Virus record (IMG/VR): IMGVR_UViG_3300011008_000043
Coordinates: 9,257-73,256 of that record
Source of the DNA: a virus
Taxonomy: Duplodnaviria > Caudoviricetes
Direction: 5' to 3' (one strand)
Length of the DNA: 64,000 nucleotides
Position numbers and translations under genes: made by a program. Below, one piece after another: positions 27,631 through 37,576 of the stretch (positions within the stretch are counted from its first letter, which is position 1; every line of letters starts with the position of its first letter). The notes under the pieces are model-generated. The model was given only the letters and a program-made list of their open reading frames with translations. It made no database searches and was not told the DNA's origin.

Positions 27631-27817
27631 GGTCATGATACCGGAAGGGATGACGTGCATAGGGGAAAACCTGAAGCCGTGCATCCTCGCCAGATACACA
27701 AAGAAGTGGGGAGCTTACAACTGTCAGCTATACCATAGGATTCTCAAGGGAGAAAAGACACCACGGAAATGTAAAGAGTGCATCGAAAGATGCGGAGAAG
27801 GGGGAGCAGAGCGATGA
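27614..27817 (+). CDS. Small Cys-rich hypothetical protein
   Basis: GGAGG RBS; C..C motifs. Confidence 0.5.
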   Translation: MGKQVEVMIPEGMTCIGENLKPCILARYTKKWGAYNCQLYHRILKGEKTPRKCKECIERCGEGGAER

Positions 27818-28059
27818 AGAAGACATTCACGTTTATGGAGGAAAAGAAGTGCCTGCCATTCCACAGTTGCCCGCGATGCAACGGAATAATGATTCTGGGG
27901 ATGGAGCAGATCGAACCGGCAACGGACAAGCCGTGGCACGTGGAATGCGCGAAATGCCATCTGGATACAGAGGATTACGAGAGCGAATATTTCGCATGGG
28001 ACGCGTGGGACGTGCTGAGAAATAACTACGACGGAGAAGAATGGCATGGAGAAGCTTAA
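27814..28059 (+). CDS. Lar-like Zn-ribbon protein (possible restriction alleviation)
   Basis: CPRC...V.C..C...A...W pattern. Confidence 0.45.
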   Translation: MKKTFTFMEEKKCLPFHSCPRCNGIMILGMEQIEPATDKPWHVECAKCHLDTEDYESEYFAWDAWDVLRNNYDGEEWHGEA

Positions 28060-28417
28060 AGACTGTTTTATCGTTAAGAAGGACGGGCTGTATTTCCAGA
28101 CGGAATACAGCAGCGGCCCGGAAAGAAACAAATTCCCGAAATTCTCCGCGTCATATTACGATGCGAAGAAATTCAAAAACGCGGCAGAAGCCCGAAAGAT
28201 GGCAAAGAAGACCGATGGCGAAATACTGAGGTTCAATCAGCTCACGGGCGAGATTACAAAGTACAGCCAGAAGGAAGACGAAATATGCGATACGTGCAGA
28301 TTCTGGACGGTATACAGCGGAGCCTGCTGCAACGGGAAGAGTGAACACAGGGCAGATTTCATGCTGCCGGAAGAATCGTGCGATGCTTGGGAAAGCAGAA
28401 AGGAAAGCACATGGTAA
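28046..28417 (+). CDS. Hypothetical protein
   Basis: ORF track; Cys-rich C-terminus. Confidence 0.55.
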   Translation: MEKLKDCFIVKKDGLYFQTEYSSGPERNKFPKFSASYYDAKKFKNAAEARKMAKKTDGEILRFNQLTGEITKYSQKEDEICDTCRFWTVYSGACCNGKSEHRADFMLPEESCDAWESRKESTW

Positions 28418-28647
28418 CAGACGGATTCGCCGGATATGTCATAAGGACGAAACATGGATACATCGAAAGCGCGACACAGGAAAAGGGCATAAAGATCATG
28501 GTCTGCACAGCAAAGCTGGAGAAGGCGCGAAGATTCATGGAACCGGAAGCCGCGAAGGAATTCAGAGGGGTTTACGACGGAACTATCAAGATCGTTGCGA
28601 CGGACAGCAAAGGGAAGCTCTACACAAATGGAACGCTGGTGCAATAG
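28411..28647 (+). CDS. Hypothetical protein
   Basis: AAGGA RBS, ATG 28411. Confidence 0.5.
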   Translation: MVTDGFAGYVIRTKHGYIESATQEKGIKIMVCTAKLEKARRFMEPEAAKEFRGVYDGTIKIVATDSKGKLYTNGTLVQ

Positions 28648-28812
28648 GAGAAAAGGATTTGGCGCTATCATGAAAGTCAGAACAGCAAAGAAGCGGATAC
28701 ACCGCAATGTCCGATGGTTTGCAAGGCACAAAATCCCAAAGGCGTTTAAATTTGGAAGAGAAAGACGGGCATGGATAAAAGAGGTCAGTGACTATCATAT
28801 TAGGAGGCTTTA

Positions 28813-29187
28813 ATGGACAAGATCGACAGCGCAATCATTGATATTGAGACAGCAATCAGATGGATTGAAGAAAACGACCATCATAAATTCGCCGGATGGA
28901 TGAACGTAACAAACGCCATGAAGACGGCGAAGAGGCTGCTGGAAGAGCGGAAAGACAGAATCACGCACTGTAAGGATTGCAAACACTGGATACCCGGCAA
29001 GATCACAGACAACGATGATTTTATCCAGCCCAGATGCGTAAGGCACGGCGGTGGATGGTCTGCAGATGAGTATTGCAGCGATGCGGAGAAGGAAGAGGAA
29101 CCCGATTGCCCGATGACAATTACCCATGGATGTGCTGAGTGTCCAATAGAAGAACAGTGCGCAGCAAGGGAGGACGAAGATGACTGA
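28813..29187 (+). CDS. Hypothetical Cys-rich protein
   Basis: GGAGG RBS; CKDCKHW...D.YCS. Confidence 0.6.
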   Translation: MDKIDSAIIDIETAIRWIEENDHHKFAGWMNVTNAMKTAKRLLEERKDRITHCKDCKHWIPGKITDNDDFIQPRCVRHGGGWSADEYCSDAEKEEEPDCPMTITHGCAECPIEEQCAAREDEDD

Positions 29188-29455
29188 CAGAGAGAAAGAG
29201 ATATGCCTCGATTTGGCAAAACACACCATTGGCATGGACTCAAAGGAAGTCTACAGAACGCACGGCGAAAAGGTCTACATCCCGTACAGGAATTATTTCA
29301 GCGCGGCGCACCCTGAAGAAGCGTGGGAGCTGATGGTCAAAGAAGGGTACGCGAAGCGGACAGACTATAAGGAATCCGTCAATTACAAGATGACCCCGGA
29401 CGGAATCCAGTGGATGGCGAAAGAACTGAGGATAAACATCTGCTTGACGTATTAA
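29180..29455 (+). CDS. Hypothetical protein
   Basis: HTIG...YRNYF.A motif common in Firmicutes phages. Confidence 0.6.
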   Translation: MTDREKEICLDLAKHTIGMDSKEVYRTHGEKVYIPYRNYFSAAHPEEAWELMVKEGYAKRTDYKESVNYKMTPDGIQWMAKELRINICLTY

Positions 29456-29485
29456 GCGGCGAGGCGACCGCTGAGGGAGAAGACG

Positions 29486-29677
29486 ATGAGAACGATCGAC
29501 CCGAACAAATACAACATGAAGCTGGTAGATGCGGCGGTGATGCGGATAGAGAAATGCCTCGAAAACGATCACTGCGAAGAGACGGAATGCGCATATTTTC
29601 CATACCCGGAAGACCTGAAGGAACTGGTCAGATTCATTCGGGATATTCTTTGCGGAACAACACGAACGGAGGGATAG
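29486..29677 (+). CDS. Hypothetical protein
   Basis: GAGGG RBS. Confidence 0.5.
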   Translation: MRTIDPNKYNMKLVDAAVMRIEKCLENDHCEETECAYFPYPEDLKELVRFIRDILCGTTRTEG

Positions 29678-29680
29678 CCA

Positions 29681-30484
29681 ATGGGAAAGCAGACAAAGAT
29701 AGACTGGTGCGACAGCACGTGGAACCCGGTAACAGGCTGTCTGCACGGATGCGAATACTGTTATGCGCGGCGCATAGCAGAGAGGTTCGGCAGTGGATTC
29801 AGCAAGGCTCCGATTATGAAAGAGGCAGAAATATTCTCGATCAAAGAGAAGCCGATTGCAAATGGAAAGTTCTTGCCGTACCCGTTCGATTTCAAACCGA
29901 CGTTTCACAGGTATGCGCTGGATGTTCCGCAGCAGTGGAAGACTCCGAAGACGATCTTCGTGTGCAGCATGGCCGACCTGTTTGGAAGATGGGTTCCTGA
30001 CTATTGGATAAAAGCTGTTTTCGATGCTTGTGAAGCAGCACCGCAACACCGGTATCTGTTCCTGACGAAGAACCCGTCAAGATATATTGATCTGGCAGAG
30101 AAAAATCTGCTCCCCCGGCAACACTGGTACGGGTACTCGGCAACCAAACAGGATCAGCTCTGGACGTTCAAACACGCAGACGAGTGTCCGTGCCTAAATC
30201 TCTTCGTCAGCATCGAGCCGATTCAGGAGCAGATGCAGCCGGGCTTCTCTACCCACACACCGGCAGATTGGGTAATCATCGGGGCTGAGACGGGGAACAG
30301 AAAAGGAAAGACGGTTCCGATAAAAGAATGGATCGACAGCATCGTTATGGAGTGCGAATACACAGGGAGGCCGGTATTCATGAAGGAATCGCTCAGGGGA
30401 ATAATGGGCGACGATTTCAGGCAGGAATTCCCGTGGGACAGGAAACTGAACGGAGGCGAAACGTCAGATGGTCGAAGAGATTGA
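29681..30484 (+). CDS. DUF5131 (phage Gp37/Gp68) radical-SAM-like protein
   Basis: TKIDWCD.TWNPVTGC..GC.YCYA; IFVCSMADLF; FLTKNP; WVIIGAETG. Confidence 0.9.
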   Translation: MGKQTKIDWCDSTWNPVTGCLHGCEYCYARRIAERFGSGFSKAPIMKEAEIFSIKEKPIANGKFLPYPFDFKPTFHRYALDVPQQWKTPKTIFVCSMADLFGRWVPDYWIKAVFDACEAAPQHRYLFLTKNPSRYIDLAEKNLLPRQHWYGYSATKQDQLWTFKHADECPCLNLFVSIEPIQEQMQPGFSTHTPADWVIIGAETGNRKGKTVPIKEWIDSIVMECEYTGRPVFMKESLRGIMGDDFRQEFPWDRKLNGGETSDGRRD

Positions 30485-30911
30485 GAAAACGGTGCGGACG
30501 GCGCGGAAGGTTCACAGATGTAACCTGTGCGGTGAGAACATTCTGCCGCTGGAGAAATACAATTACGCGAAGCTGAAATTCGATGGGGAGCTGTATCCGT
30601 GGAAAGAACACATAAGATGCAGCGAGGTATGCAGAGAGATATACGATCTCGTAGACCCGGATGAAGGCATGACAATGGATGATTTCTGCGAGGGATGCAG
30701 AGAGGTATGCGGAGTATTTGTTTGCCCGGATTGCGAGTCTTACGACCGCGAATGTCAAGACTGCGAGAAAGACAAATGCTACTGCATCGACAAGCTCCAA
30801 GAGCTTTTCAAGACGAAAGAGCTGTACATGGCGGCGCGACGGTTCGAAGGGCGCGAGTGGAAGGTCAGGGACAGAACTCTACCAGAGGACAGGAGGCGGG
30901 CAGCGGAATGA
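30468..30911 (+). CDS. Cys-rich hypothetical protein
   Basis: ARK.H.C..CG motif. Confidence 0.6.
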   Translation: MVEEIEKTVRTARKVHRCNLCGENILPLEKYNYAKLKFDGELYPWKEHIRCSEVCREIYDLVDPDEGMTMDDFCEGCREVCGVFVCPDCESYDRECQDCEKDKCYCIDKLQELFKTKELYMAARRFEGREWKVRDRTLPEDRRRAAE

Positions 30912-31240
30912 CGAGGCTTGAAGAACTGAGGAAGCAGCGGCATGAGCTGAACCAGCAGATAAGAGAGCTGGAAAAGGGATACCCGATCATCAACGGGAAA
31001 GCAAAGCTCGACCGGCAGGAATATCCAACAGACAAGCCGGACAGATATCACATTTCCATCAAGGTAGAACCGATCGATCCACCGGAAATGAACTCCCCGT
31101 GGGGCAGAAAAGGATACTGCTGGCGAACGGTAGCAAACGGCGGAACGCGGGAAGAGGTCATCAAGCAGATTCCAGAGATTATCAAAGACCTGCAAGGCCT
31201 GCACGACGAATTGGTAGGAGGGCAAGATGGCGAAGGTTAA
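30908..31240 (+). CDS. Hypothetical protein
   Basis: Coupled ORF, ATG 30908. Confidence 0.5.
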   Translation: MTRLEELRKQRHELNQQIRELEKGYPIINGKAKLDRQEYPTDKPDRYHISIKVEPIDPPEMNSPWGRKGYCWRTVANGGTREEVIKQIPEIIKDLQGLHDELVGGQDGEG

Positions 31241-31724
31241 GTGCATTTTCGAGACATACACGGAAAGAGAGACGGAGCCGGACAGCGGGCAGTACGAACA
31301 GCAGATGGAAGAGGGGTGCATCGCCGGAAATTTCAACGTCTGCTGGGAAAACGGCATCCTGTCCGTGCGGCGCGGGAATGATTTCAAGACAGTTTCCTGC
31401 ACGAAGGAAGCCTACATACGGATAAAAGGCATCGACGGACGACTCAGGACAGGGACATACAGAGACATTGCGTATCTGGAGATCGATGGGACGGTATTTA
31501 TCGGGGAGAAAAAGAAAAAGAACCTGAAGCTCCACGGATATACGGCAGAAGACTTTCGGAAAGCGGCAGACTTCCTCGCGGATGCGGAAGGATACATCGA
31601 CGATAACAGCCCCGGACACGCGAGAGACATCGATGCGCTGTTCTGGGCCACGTGCGCGATAGCGAATCACCTTGTGACGGGCGAACCGCTGAAGACAGAA
31701 GATGATGACGATATGGAGGGATGA
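31227..31724 (+). CDS. Hypothetical protein
   Basis: GGAGGG RBS. Confidence 0.55.
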   Translation: MAKVKCIFETYTERETEPDSGQYEQQMEEGCIAGNFNVCWENGILSVRRGNDFKTVSCTKEAYIRIKGIDGRLRTGTYRDIAYLEIDGTVFIGEKKKKNLKLHGYTAEDFRKAADFLADAEGYIDDNSPGHARDIDALFWATCAIANHLVTGEPLKTEDDDDMEG

Positions 31725-31728
31725 AGCG

Positions 31729-31971
31729 ATGGAAGAGAAGGAATGCGGATGGTGCCATTCAGACAATGAAGGGAATTACAACTGCAACAGATTCCAGAAT
31801 GACAGCACCGGAGATACCTTGTCCATATTCTTCTGCGGAGGAATGGCGACGATCAGCCTCGGAAGAAATGGACAGGCGATTGGGATGATGAGCGCGAAGA
31901 TCAACTACTGCCCGATGTGCGGCAGGCTGGTGAGGAAAAAGGCAGAAGAAACGGAGGGCAGCGAAGGATGA
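31729..31971 (+). CDS. Small Zn-ribbon protein
   Basis: C.WC ... INYCPMCGR motif. Confidence 0.55.
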   Translation: MEEKECGWCHSDNEGNYNCNRFQNDSTGDTLSIFFCGGMATISLGRNGQAIGMMSAKINYCPMCGRLVRKKAEETEGSEG

Positions 31972-32402
31972 AAACACTGGGAGAGATTATCAGGAGCGGG
32001 AAGGTACTGGTGGAGGCGACAAGCTACGACGGTGGCAGAGGATTCCTGCCATGCCTCGACCCGAAACGCGCGTCAAAGCAGGCGCGGGTGATTTGGAGCA
32101 ATGGCGGCGGGTGGGATCACGTATCAGTGAGCTGGCCCAGTCGCTGCCCGACGTGGGACGAAATGTGCAGAGTGAAGGATATTTTCTTCAGGAAGGAAGA
32201 AGCCTGCGTGGAGTATCATCCGGCAGAAAAAGATTATGTAAACCATCATCCGTACTGCTTGCATATATGGAAACCGCAGGATGAAAAGCTCCCCATCCCA
32301 CCGGCATTTTTCGTAGGGCCGAAAGAAGGACAGAGCATAGAAGAGGTAAATGCGCAGGCGAACGCATACATTGACGCATACGAGAGAGGTGAAAGACGAT
32401 GA
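31968..32402 (+). CDS. Conserved phage hypothetical protein
   Basis: GWDHVSVS...RCPTWDEM..VKD.FF...HP...YVN.H..CLHIW. Confidence 0.7.
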   Translation: MKTLGEIIRSGKVLVEATSYDGGRGFLPCLDPKRASKQARVIWSNGGGWDHVSVSWPSRCPTWDEMCRVKDIFFRKEEACVEYHPAEKDYVNHHPYCLHIWKPQDEKLPIPPAFFVGPKEGQSIEEVNAQANAYIDAYERGERR

Positions 32403-32929
32403 AGGTTACGCTGATCAAAGGCCCGGACGACAGCGACCGGATGCTGTTCAAGAGGTGCATCTGGATAACGATGGGAAAGAAAGAGGCTCCGAAAACATTA
32501 CCGGCATCAAAGTTGGTGGCGCAGGCATTGGACGCGAGGCACAGTCCGATTAGGGTACTGAATTTCGCGTTCCTGATCGAAGACATTCCCAGCAACACGG
32601 CAACACATCTGGTGCGGCACGTTCATGCAACGCCATTCGTGAGCAGTCTGAGAAATGACAGGCAGGACAGGATAGACGGAGACGCGGCACGACGGGATAC
32701 GCCGGTGGATATGATTTTCTACTGCAACGCGGAAGAGCTGATGAATGTGGCAAACAAACGGCTGTGCTTCAAGGCGGCACCACGGACACGGGAAGTGGTC
32801 GAAATGATGTGCAACGCGGCAGAAGAGTGCGTGCCTGAGCTGGACGGGCTGCTGGTTCCGATGTGCGAATACAGAGGCCGGGAGTGCCACGAGATTAACG
32901 GGTGCGGATGGAACGAACACGCGAGATAG
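32399..32929 (+). CDS. thyX: FAD-dependent thymidylate synthase-like protein
   Basis: HSP.R, H.VRH......SxR motif, N..EL......RLC. Confidence 0.7.
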   Translation: MKVTLIKGPDDSDRMLFKRCIWITMGKKEAPKTLPASKLVAQALDARHSPIRVLNFAFLIEDIPSNTATHLVRHVHATPFVSSLRNDRQDRIDGDAARRDTPVDMIFYCNAEELMNVANKRLCFKAAPRTREVVEMMCNAAEECVPELDGLLVPMCEYRGRECHEINGCGWNEHAR

Positions 32930-32942
32930 GGAGGCGCGACGG

Positions 32943-33449
32943 ATGAACAGCAGAGATCAACCCGGAACCATGCCGCTGACAGAGAGGGAATATTACGCGC
33001 TCAGGGAATTTTTCGGATTCATGAGCGCGGTAGCGAAACACATCGGGCTGCTGGAAAAACGGGCAAAGATGCGGCCCGGATGTTGGGAAGAGCTAAACGA
33101 CGTGATGGAGAAAACCAAGAAGATCATACAGACGATGTTGGAGACGATACCAATAGACAAGCTGAGGATGGTTCGGGAAGAGCTGCCTCACATCCGGGTA
33201 AGCACTGAGTTCGAAAAGCCGAACGGGCGCAGGAAAAAGAGCGACGATTACGCCTGCGTACCATGCAAAGAGCTTGATATGCTGATTCAGAAGACGATAG
33301 ACTGGGAATGCTTTTCCTGCGAAAAGAGCGGCAGAGAAATGTGGAGCTGCCCCATCAGGAAGGCGGTCGATGCGACATACCCGTTCCAGACAACGGGAGA
33401 TACGATGACATATTGCAAATACAGTGGATTAAACATAGAGAACTCGTAA
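32943..33449 (+). CDS. Hypothetical protein
   Basis: GGGAGG RBS, 168 aa. Confidence 0.6.
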   Translation: MNSRDQPGTMPLTEREYYALREFFGFMSAVAKHIGLLEKRAKMRPGCWEELNDVMEKTKKIIQTMLETIPIDKLRMVREELPHIRVSTEFEKPNGRRKKSDDYACVPCKELDMLIQKTIDWECFSCEKSGREMWSCPIRKAVDATYPFQTTGDTMTYCKYSGLNIENS

Positions 33450-33470
33450 GGGAAGGAAGGACAGAAAGCA

Positions 33471-33803
33471 ATGGACATGAGCAATTACCAGAAGTTGGCA
33501 GCACGGACGATAAACAACAAACTGACAGCGAAGCAGAAACTGATGCACTCGCTGTTCGGACTCGCCAGCGAGGTTGGGGAAATCCACGCATTGTTCCAGA
33601 AGGAATATCAGGGACATCCGATGGAGCGAGACAAACTGGTGAAGGAAATCGGGGACGTTCTGTGGATGATCGCGGAGCTATGTACGGTTCACGGATTCGA
33701 CCTCGGATTCGTGGCGCAGGAAAACATCGACAAACTGAAAGCGCGATACCCGGACGGATTCTCGGAAGAGAGAAGCTTGCACAGAGCAGAGAATGATCGT
33801 TAA
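33471..33803 (+). CDS. MazG-like nucleotide pyrophosphohydrolase
   Basis: GLASEVGEI, KEIGDVLW, N..KLK.RYPDGF. Confidence 0.9.
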   Translation: MDMSNYQKLAARTINNKLTAKQKLMHSLFGLASEVGEIHALFQKEYQGHPMERDKLVKEIGDVLWMIAELCTVHGFDLGFVAQENIDKLKARYPDGFSEERSLHRAENDR

Positions 33804-33912
33804 ATTCGATTAAACGTCCCTCTCGCTCCACGGAGAATCAAAAGCGAGCGGATGGAGGGTGGAAAAACAGAAGCCGCCAAATCTCAAATTTGGACGAAAG
33901 AAGGCATAGCGG

Positions 33913-34371
33913 ATGAATATATTCACGTTTGTAGGAAACCTGACACGCGACCCGGAAAGCTCGGTGATGCAGAATGGAAAGACTCAGACGAAATTCAGCA
34001 TCGCCATGAACAGGCCGTATAAGGACGCGGAAGGGAAACAGGGCGCGGATTTCGTGCGGATTACGTGCTACGAGAAGACAGCGGAGAACTGCGCGAAATA
34101 CCTGTCAAAAGGCCGGAAGGTCGGAGTGGTCGGACACGTAAAGACAGGCCAGTACGAGAAGGATGGAAAGACGATATACACGACGGATTTCATAGCGGAA
34201 AACGTTGAATTTCTGTCCAGCGGACAGGCCGATGGACAGGGAGAAGGTCAGCAGGCAGCAACAGCCCCGGCACAGAGTCAACCGCCAATAGCACCGCAGA
34301 ATGCGCCGTATCCGGCAGCGGCGGGATACAGCGGGTATACGTCGGTGGAGCCGGATGATTTACCATTCTGA
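33913..34371 (+). CDS. ssb: Single-stranded DNA-binding protein
   Basis: GNLTRDPE, ADF, YLSKG..V.V.G, acidic DDLPF tail. Confidence 0.93.
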   Translation: MNIFTFVGNLTRDPESSVMQNGKTQTKFSIAMNRPYKDAEGKQGADFVRITCYEKTAENCAKYLSKGRKVGVVGHVKTGQYEKDGKTIYTTDFIAENVEFLSSGQADGQGEGQQAATAPAQSQPPIAPQNAPYPAAAGYSGYTSVEPDDLPF

Positions 34372-34385
34372 AGGGAGGGCAATGC

Positions 34386-34889
34386 ATGACAGCGGAAAAG
34401 GCTGAGGAAATGCTGAGGGAATACAAAGAGTACACAGGGCGATGCGGGTTCCTGCAGAAGGCAATACCGGAAGTAAGAGCGGACATCGAAATGTGGGAGG
34501 CAAGCCTCGCGTCAGACCTTGCAAACAGCGGCGGCGTAAGCATGGACGGAATGCCCCATGGAACGTCAGTCGGAAACCCGACTGAAAGAATGGGACTGAT
34601 GCTGGCGGCGGGATACGTGCCTCAGGGGTTAGGCGAAGCAAAGAAACGGCTGAAAGACATGGAAAGCGAGCTGCACGAAAAAGAGATCGTGGTGGTGTTC
34701 GTGGAATCATGGCTGAGTGGCCTCACAGAACGCGAGAAGTGGCTGATAGAGCAGAGCTATTTCGAGCAGAAGACCTACGCGGAAATCATAACTGGACTCA
34801 GGGATTCGCATGGCATCAGTACGAGCAAAGATGGAGTACGGAGGATGAAGAAGGCAGCGATGGAAAAGATTTACAAGATGGCAGAATAG
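34386..34889 (+). CDS. ArpU/RinA-like late transcriptional activator
   Basis: DGMP.G..GNPTE and C-terminal sigma-r4-like HTH (L...E...I...Y....T..EI). Confidence 0.7.
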   Translation: MTAEKAEEMLREYKEYTGRCGFLQKAIPEVRADIEMWEASLASDLANSGGVSMDGMPHGTSVGNPTERMGLMLAAGYVPQGLGEAKKRLKDMESELHEKEIVVVFVESWLSGLTEREKWLIEQSYFEQKTYAEIITGLRDSHGISTSKDGVRRMKKAAMEKIYKMAE

Positions 34890-34901
34890 GAGGCAGAGAA
34901 G

Positions 34902-35138
34902 ATGAATGTGACGGAGTTTGCGAAGAAATACGGCATCGAGGTCAACAATGCCTATTTGGCATCATTTGCAACAGAGACGCGGAGAACACATACATACGTG
35001 CGGAATTTCCCGGAAGACGAACTCTACGAGGCGACGATCAAGATGCTCGAAGAGAGAAAGCGGAAGCACCAGAGGCACATAGAGAAATGCGAAGAAGAGC
35101 TGAAGAAGCTGAGGGCGAAGAATGGAGAAGAAACCTGA
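34902..35138 (+). CDS. Hypothetical protein
   Basis: GGAGG RBS. Confidence 0.5.
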   Translation: MNVTEFAKKYGIEVNNAYLASFATETRRTHTYVRNFPEDELYEATIKMLEERKRKHQRHIEKCEEELKKLRAKNGEET

Positions 35139-35379
35139 GCAGAAGAAAAAAGCACAGGCACGGGTTATGACGCTTGAAGAGGTGAAAGAGCTGCCGACTC
35201 CGAGCCTGCAATGGATGGAATTCAGAAAGCGCGGCGAACTATTCCACCAGTATCTTACGCGGGGACACATCAGCAGAGATTGGAATGGAACGTTTATATA
35301 TGGGCTGGAATGGCGAGTATGGAGCGACAAACCAACGACGGAGCAACGGAGGAAAGCAAAGTGGAGAATCAAAAGCTGA
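35122..35379 (+). CDS. Hypothetical protein
   Basis: RVMTLEEV...WRVWSDKPT..QR motif. Confidence 0.55.
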   Translation: MEKKPEQKKKAQARVMTLEEVKELPTPSLQWMEFRKRGELFHQYLTRGHISRDWNGTFIYGLEWRVWSDKPTTEQRRKAKWRIKS

Positions 35380-35705
35380 CGAAAGACAGGATAGCATCCT
35401 GCGACAACGAATGGCTGCTGCTGCATCTTATATGGAATTATAAAGACAATTTCTTTGACAAAGAGAAATCCGAATGGAGCGATGAGGTGGTAGACCTGTG
35501 GGAAGAAGCACTGGCCCGGATGAAGGAACCGGTGGTACATGGGTTCGACAAAGAAGGATACCTGAACAAACTCGAAGAGGAATACGAGCAGCAGGACGGC
35601 CTGCTCAAAAGCCCGGATTACACATACAGCTACCATTACGGCATCAGAAGCGGGCTGGATATCGCGTTGAGGGAGTTCAGGAAAGCCATAAGAGCAGAAA
35701 AATGA
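35361..35705 (+). CDS. Hypothetical protein
   Basis: GGAGG RBS, GTG 35361. Confidence 0.5.
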   Translation: MENQKLTKDRIASCDNEWLLLHLIWNYKDNFFDKEKSEWSDEVVDLWEEALARMKEPVVHGFDKEGYLNKLEEEYEQQDGLLKSPDYTYSYHYGIRSGLDIALREFRKAIRAEK

Positions 35706-35711
35706 TTAAAA

Positions 35712-35840
35712 AATACGAAATCGCGACGAAAATGCAACCGATTTGCTACCTTTTTGCGTATTGACAAACGAAAATTCGTCTGTTAACATTACACTAACGC
35801 GAAGCGCATCCGAACAGGGTGCGCGATTTTCGTATAAAAG
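35712..35840 (+). promoter_or_regulatory. Promoter region upstream of the modification cluster
   Basis: TTGACA at 35761 with several ACGAAA/TTTCGT motifs. Confidence 0.55.
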
Positions 35841-35859
35841 AATAAACGGAGGGGATAGC

Positions 35860-36543
35860 ATGAAGGAAACGGTCGTCCAGATTGTGTACATCCCGATTGA
35901 TCAGATCAGGGAGTACGAGAACAACCCGCGAGACAATGAGAAGGCGGTCGAAAGCGTAGCGAGGTCGATCAAAAAGTACGGATTTAGAAACCCGGTAATC
36001 GTGGACAAGGATAACGTACTGATTGCGGGCCATACCCGGCTGAAAGCGGCAATCCAGTTGGGGATGACGGAGATTCCGTGCGTGAGGGCAGATGACCTGA
36101 ACAAAAACGAGGCGAAAGCCTTCCGGCTGGAAGACAACCGGACACAGGAAGACAGCCAGTGGGATACAGAAGCACTGGCGAAGGAATTTGAGAGCCTGAA
36201 GAACAACGGATTCGACCTGATGGAAACCGGATTCGATGAATTCGAGATCAGCGGCATCGACATGAGCAGCTTCGATTTCAGCGCGGCCCCGGAAGATTAT
36301 GACACACCGGAAGCGGAAAGCGGCGAAGACTTCCCGATGGATGAGGGCGACGATGAAGAAGTCCCGGAAGGCGACGAAGACGAAGAGCTGGTGGTCATAT
36401 TCAGCCTGAAGGACGATGAAGAAAAAGCCGAGGTCGCAGAAATGATCGGGGAAACCGGCGAACTGCGGATGCGATACACGGCTGGTCAGGTTCGGAAGAT
36501 GCTGGAAGGTGAAGACGATGGAGAAGAGGACGCTGGTGTTTGA
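35860..36543 (+). CDS. ParB/Sulfiredoxin N-terminal domain protein (copy 1)
   Basis: I.PYENNPR.N, GFRNPVIVD, IAGHTRLKAA..LG...IPC. Confidence 0.88.
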   Translation: MKETVVQIVYIPIDQIREYENNPRDNEKAVESVARSIKKYGFRNPVIVDKDNVLIAGHTRLKAAIQLGMTEIPCVRADDLNKNEAKAFRLEDNRTQEDSQWDTEALAKEFESLKNNGFDLMETGFDEFEISGIDMSSFDFSAAPEDYDTPEAESGEDFPMDEGDDEEVPEGDEDEELVVIFSLKDDEEKAEVAEMIGETGELRMRYTAGQVRKMLEGEDDGEEDAGV

Positions 36544-37576
36544 CGTTGACGATACCATCAGCATTCACCACAACCGCGATTACCCAAACGCGGAACCGAT
36601 TCAGCCGGTGATAGACAAGATCAATAGACTGAAGGCAGAAGGGTATTACATAAAGCTGTACACGGCAAGAGGCCAGAACAGTTGCCACGGCGACATTGAA
36701 CTCATAAAAGAGCGGAATGAAGATGTGCTGAGGGATTGGCTGGACAGGCACGGAGTACAGTACGATGAGCTGATATTCGGGAAACCGCTCGGAGACTGGT
36801 ACATAGACGACAAAGGGATGAGTCTCGAAGCATTCCTTGCGGCAGAATTCAGGCCGATGCGCGGCGGCAGCGGCAGCGGGATTTGGCTGGAAGGAAAGAC
36901 GGTCGTAAAGAAAACCTCGAAAGCGACGGCAGAAGAGGAATGGTACCGAAGAGCGGAAAGTTACGGATTCGGAGATCGGATACCGAAATTGTATTCCCGG
37001 ACGCTGGACACGCTATTCATGGAATACATAGAGGGCGAAACGCTTGCGGACGGCGCGACAAAGAAGGACATCTATGAAGCGCTGAAAATCCCATTCTGCT
37101 TCGCGATGATACCGGACGGCAGGAAGGATGTAGAAGGATACTGCCGGAACCTGATGAGCCACAAAAGCAGCGAAGCTACGCGGTGGGTGGTGAGCGAAGT
37201 AATGCGGAACCGGCGCGAGCTGGAAGATCAGGCGAGCTTCTGCCACGGAGATTTGAGCTTGTCGAATATCATTCGCAGCAAAGACGGACTGAAGGTGATC
37301 GACCCGAACAACAAAGCCGACTATTCGAGCCATCTGCTCGACATTGCCAAAATCCGCTTCTCCCTGACGGGATACGAGAGGATTTTCGGATACGGGAAGG
37401 CAGACCTGCGCGGGCTGAGACGAAAGTTCGACGAATATACGCAACACCGGAAGATCATACCGCTGCTGGAAATTACACACTGGATTCGGCTTTATAAATA
37501 CAGGACAGCGGAAGAACAGAAGACGGTGGACAGAGTGGTGGACGAATTGATAAAGGAGTACAGAAAATGGTCGTAG
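36518..37576 (+). CDS. HAD-family phosphatase (capsule-biosynthesis type) fused to APH/choline-kinase-like domain
   Basis: VFDVDDTI, YTARG, FGKP.D.YIDDK; C-terminal CHGDLSLSNI...IDP. Confidence 0.8.
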   Translation: MEKRTLVFDVDDTISIHHNRDYPNAEPIQPVIDKINRLKAEGYYIKLYTARGQNSCHGDIELIKERNEDVLRDWLDRHGVQYDELIFGKPLGDWYIDDKGMSLEAFLAAEFRPMRGGSGSGIWLEGKTVVKKTSKATAEEEWYRRAESYGFGDRIPKLYSRTLDTLFMEYIEGETLADGATKKDIYEALKIPFCFAMIPDGRKDVEGYCRNLMSHKSSEATRWVVSEVMRNRRELEDQASFCHGDLSLSNIIRSKDGLKVIDPNNKADYSSHLLDIAKIRFSLTGYERIFGYGKADLRGLRRKFDEYTQHRKIIPLLEITHWIRLYKYRTAEEQKTVDRVVDELIKEYRKWS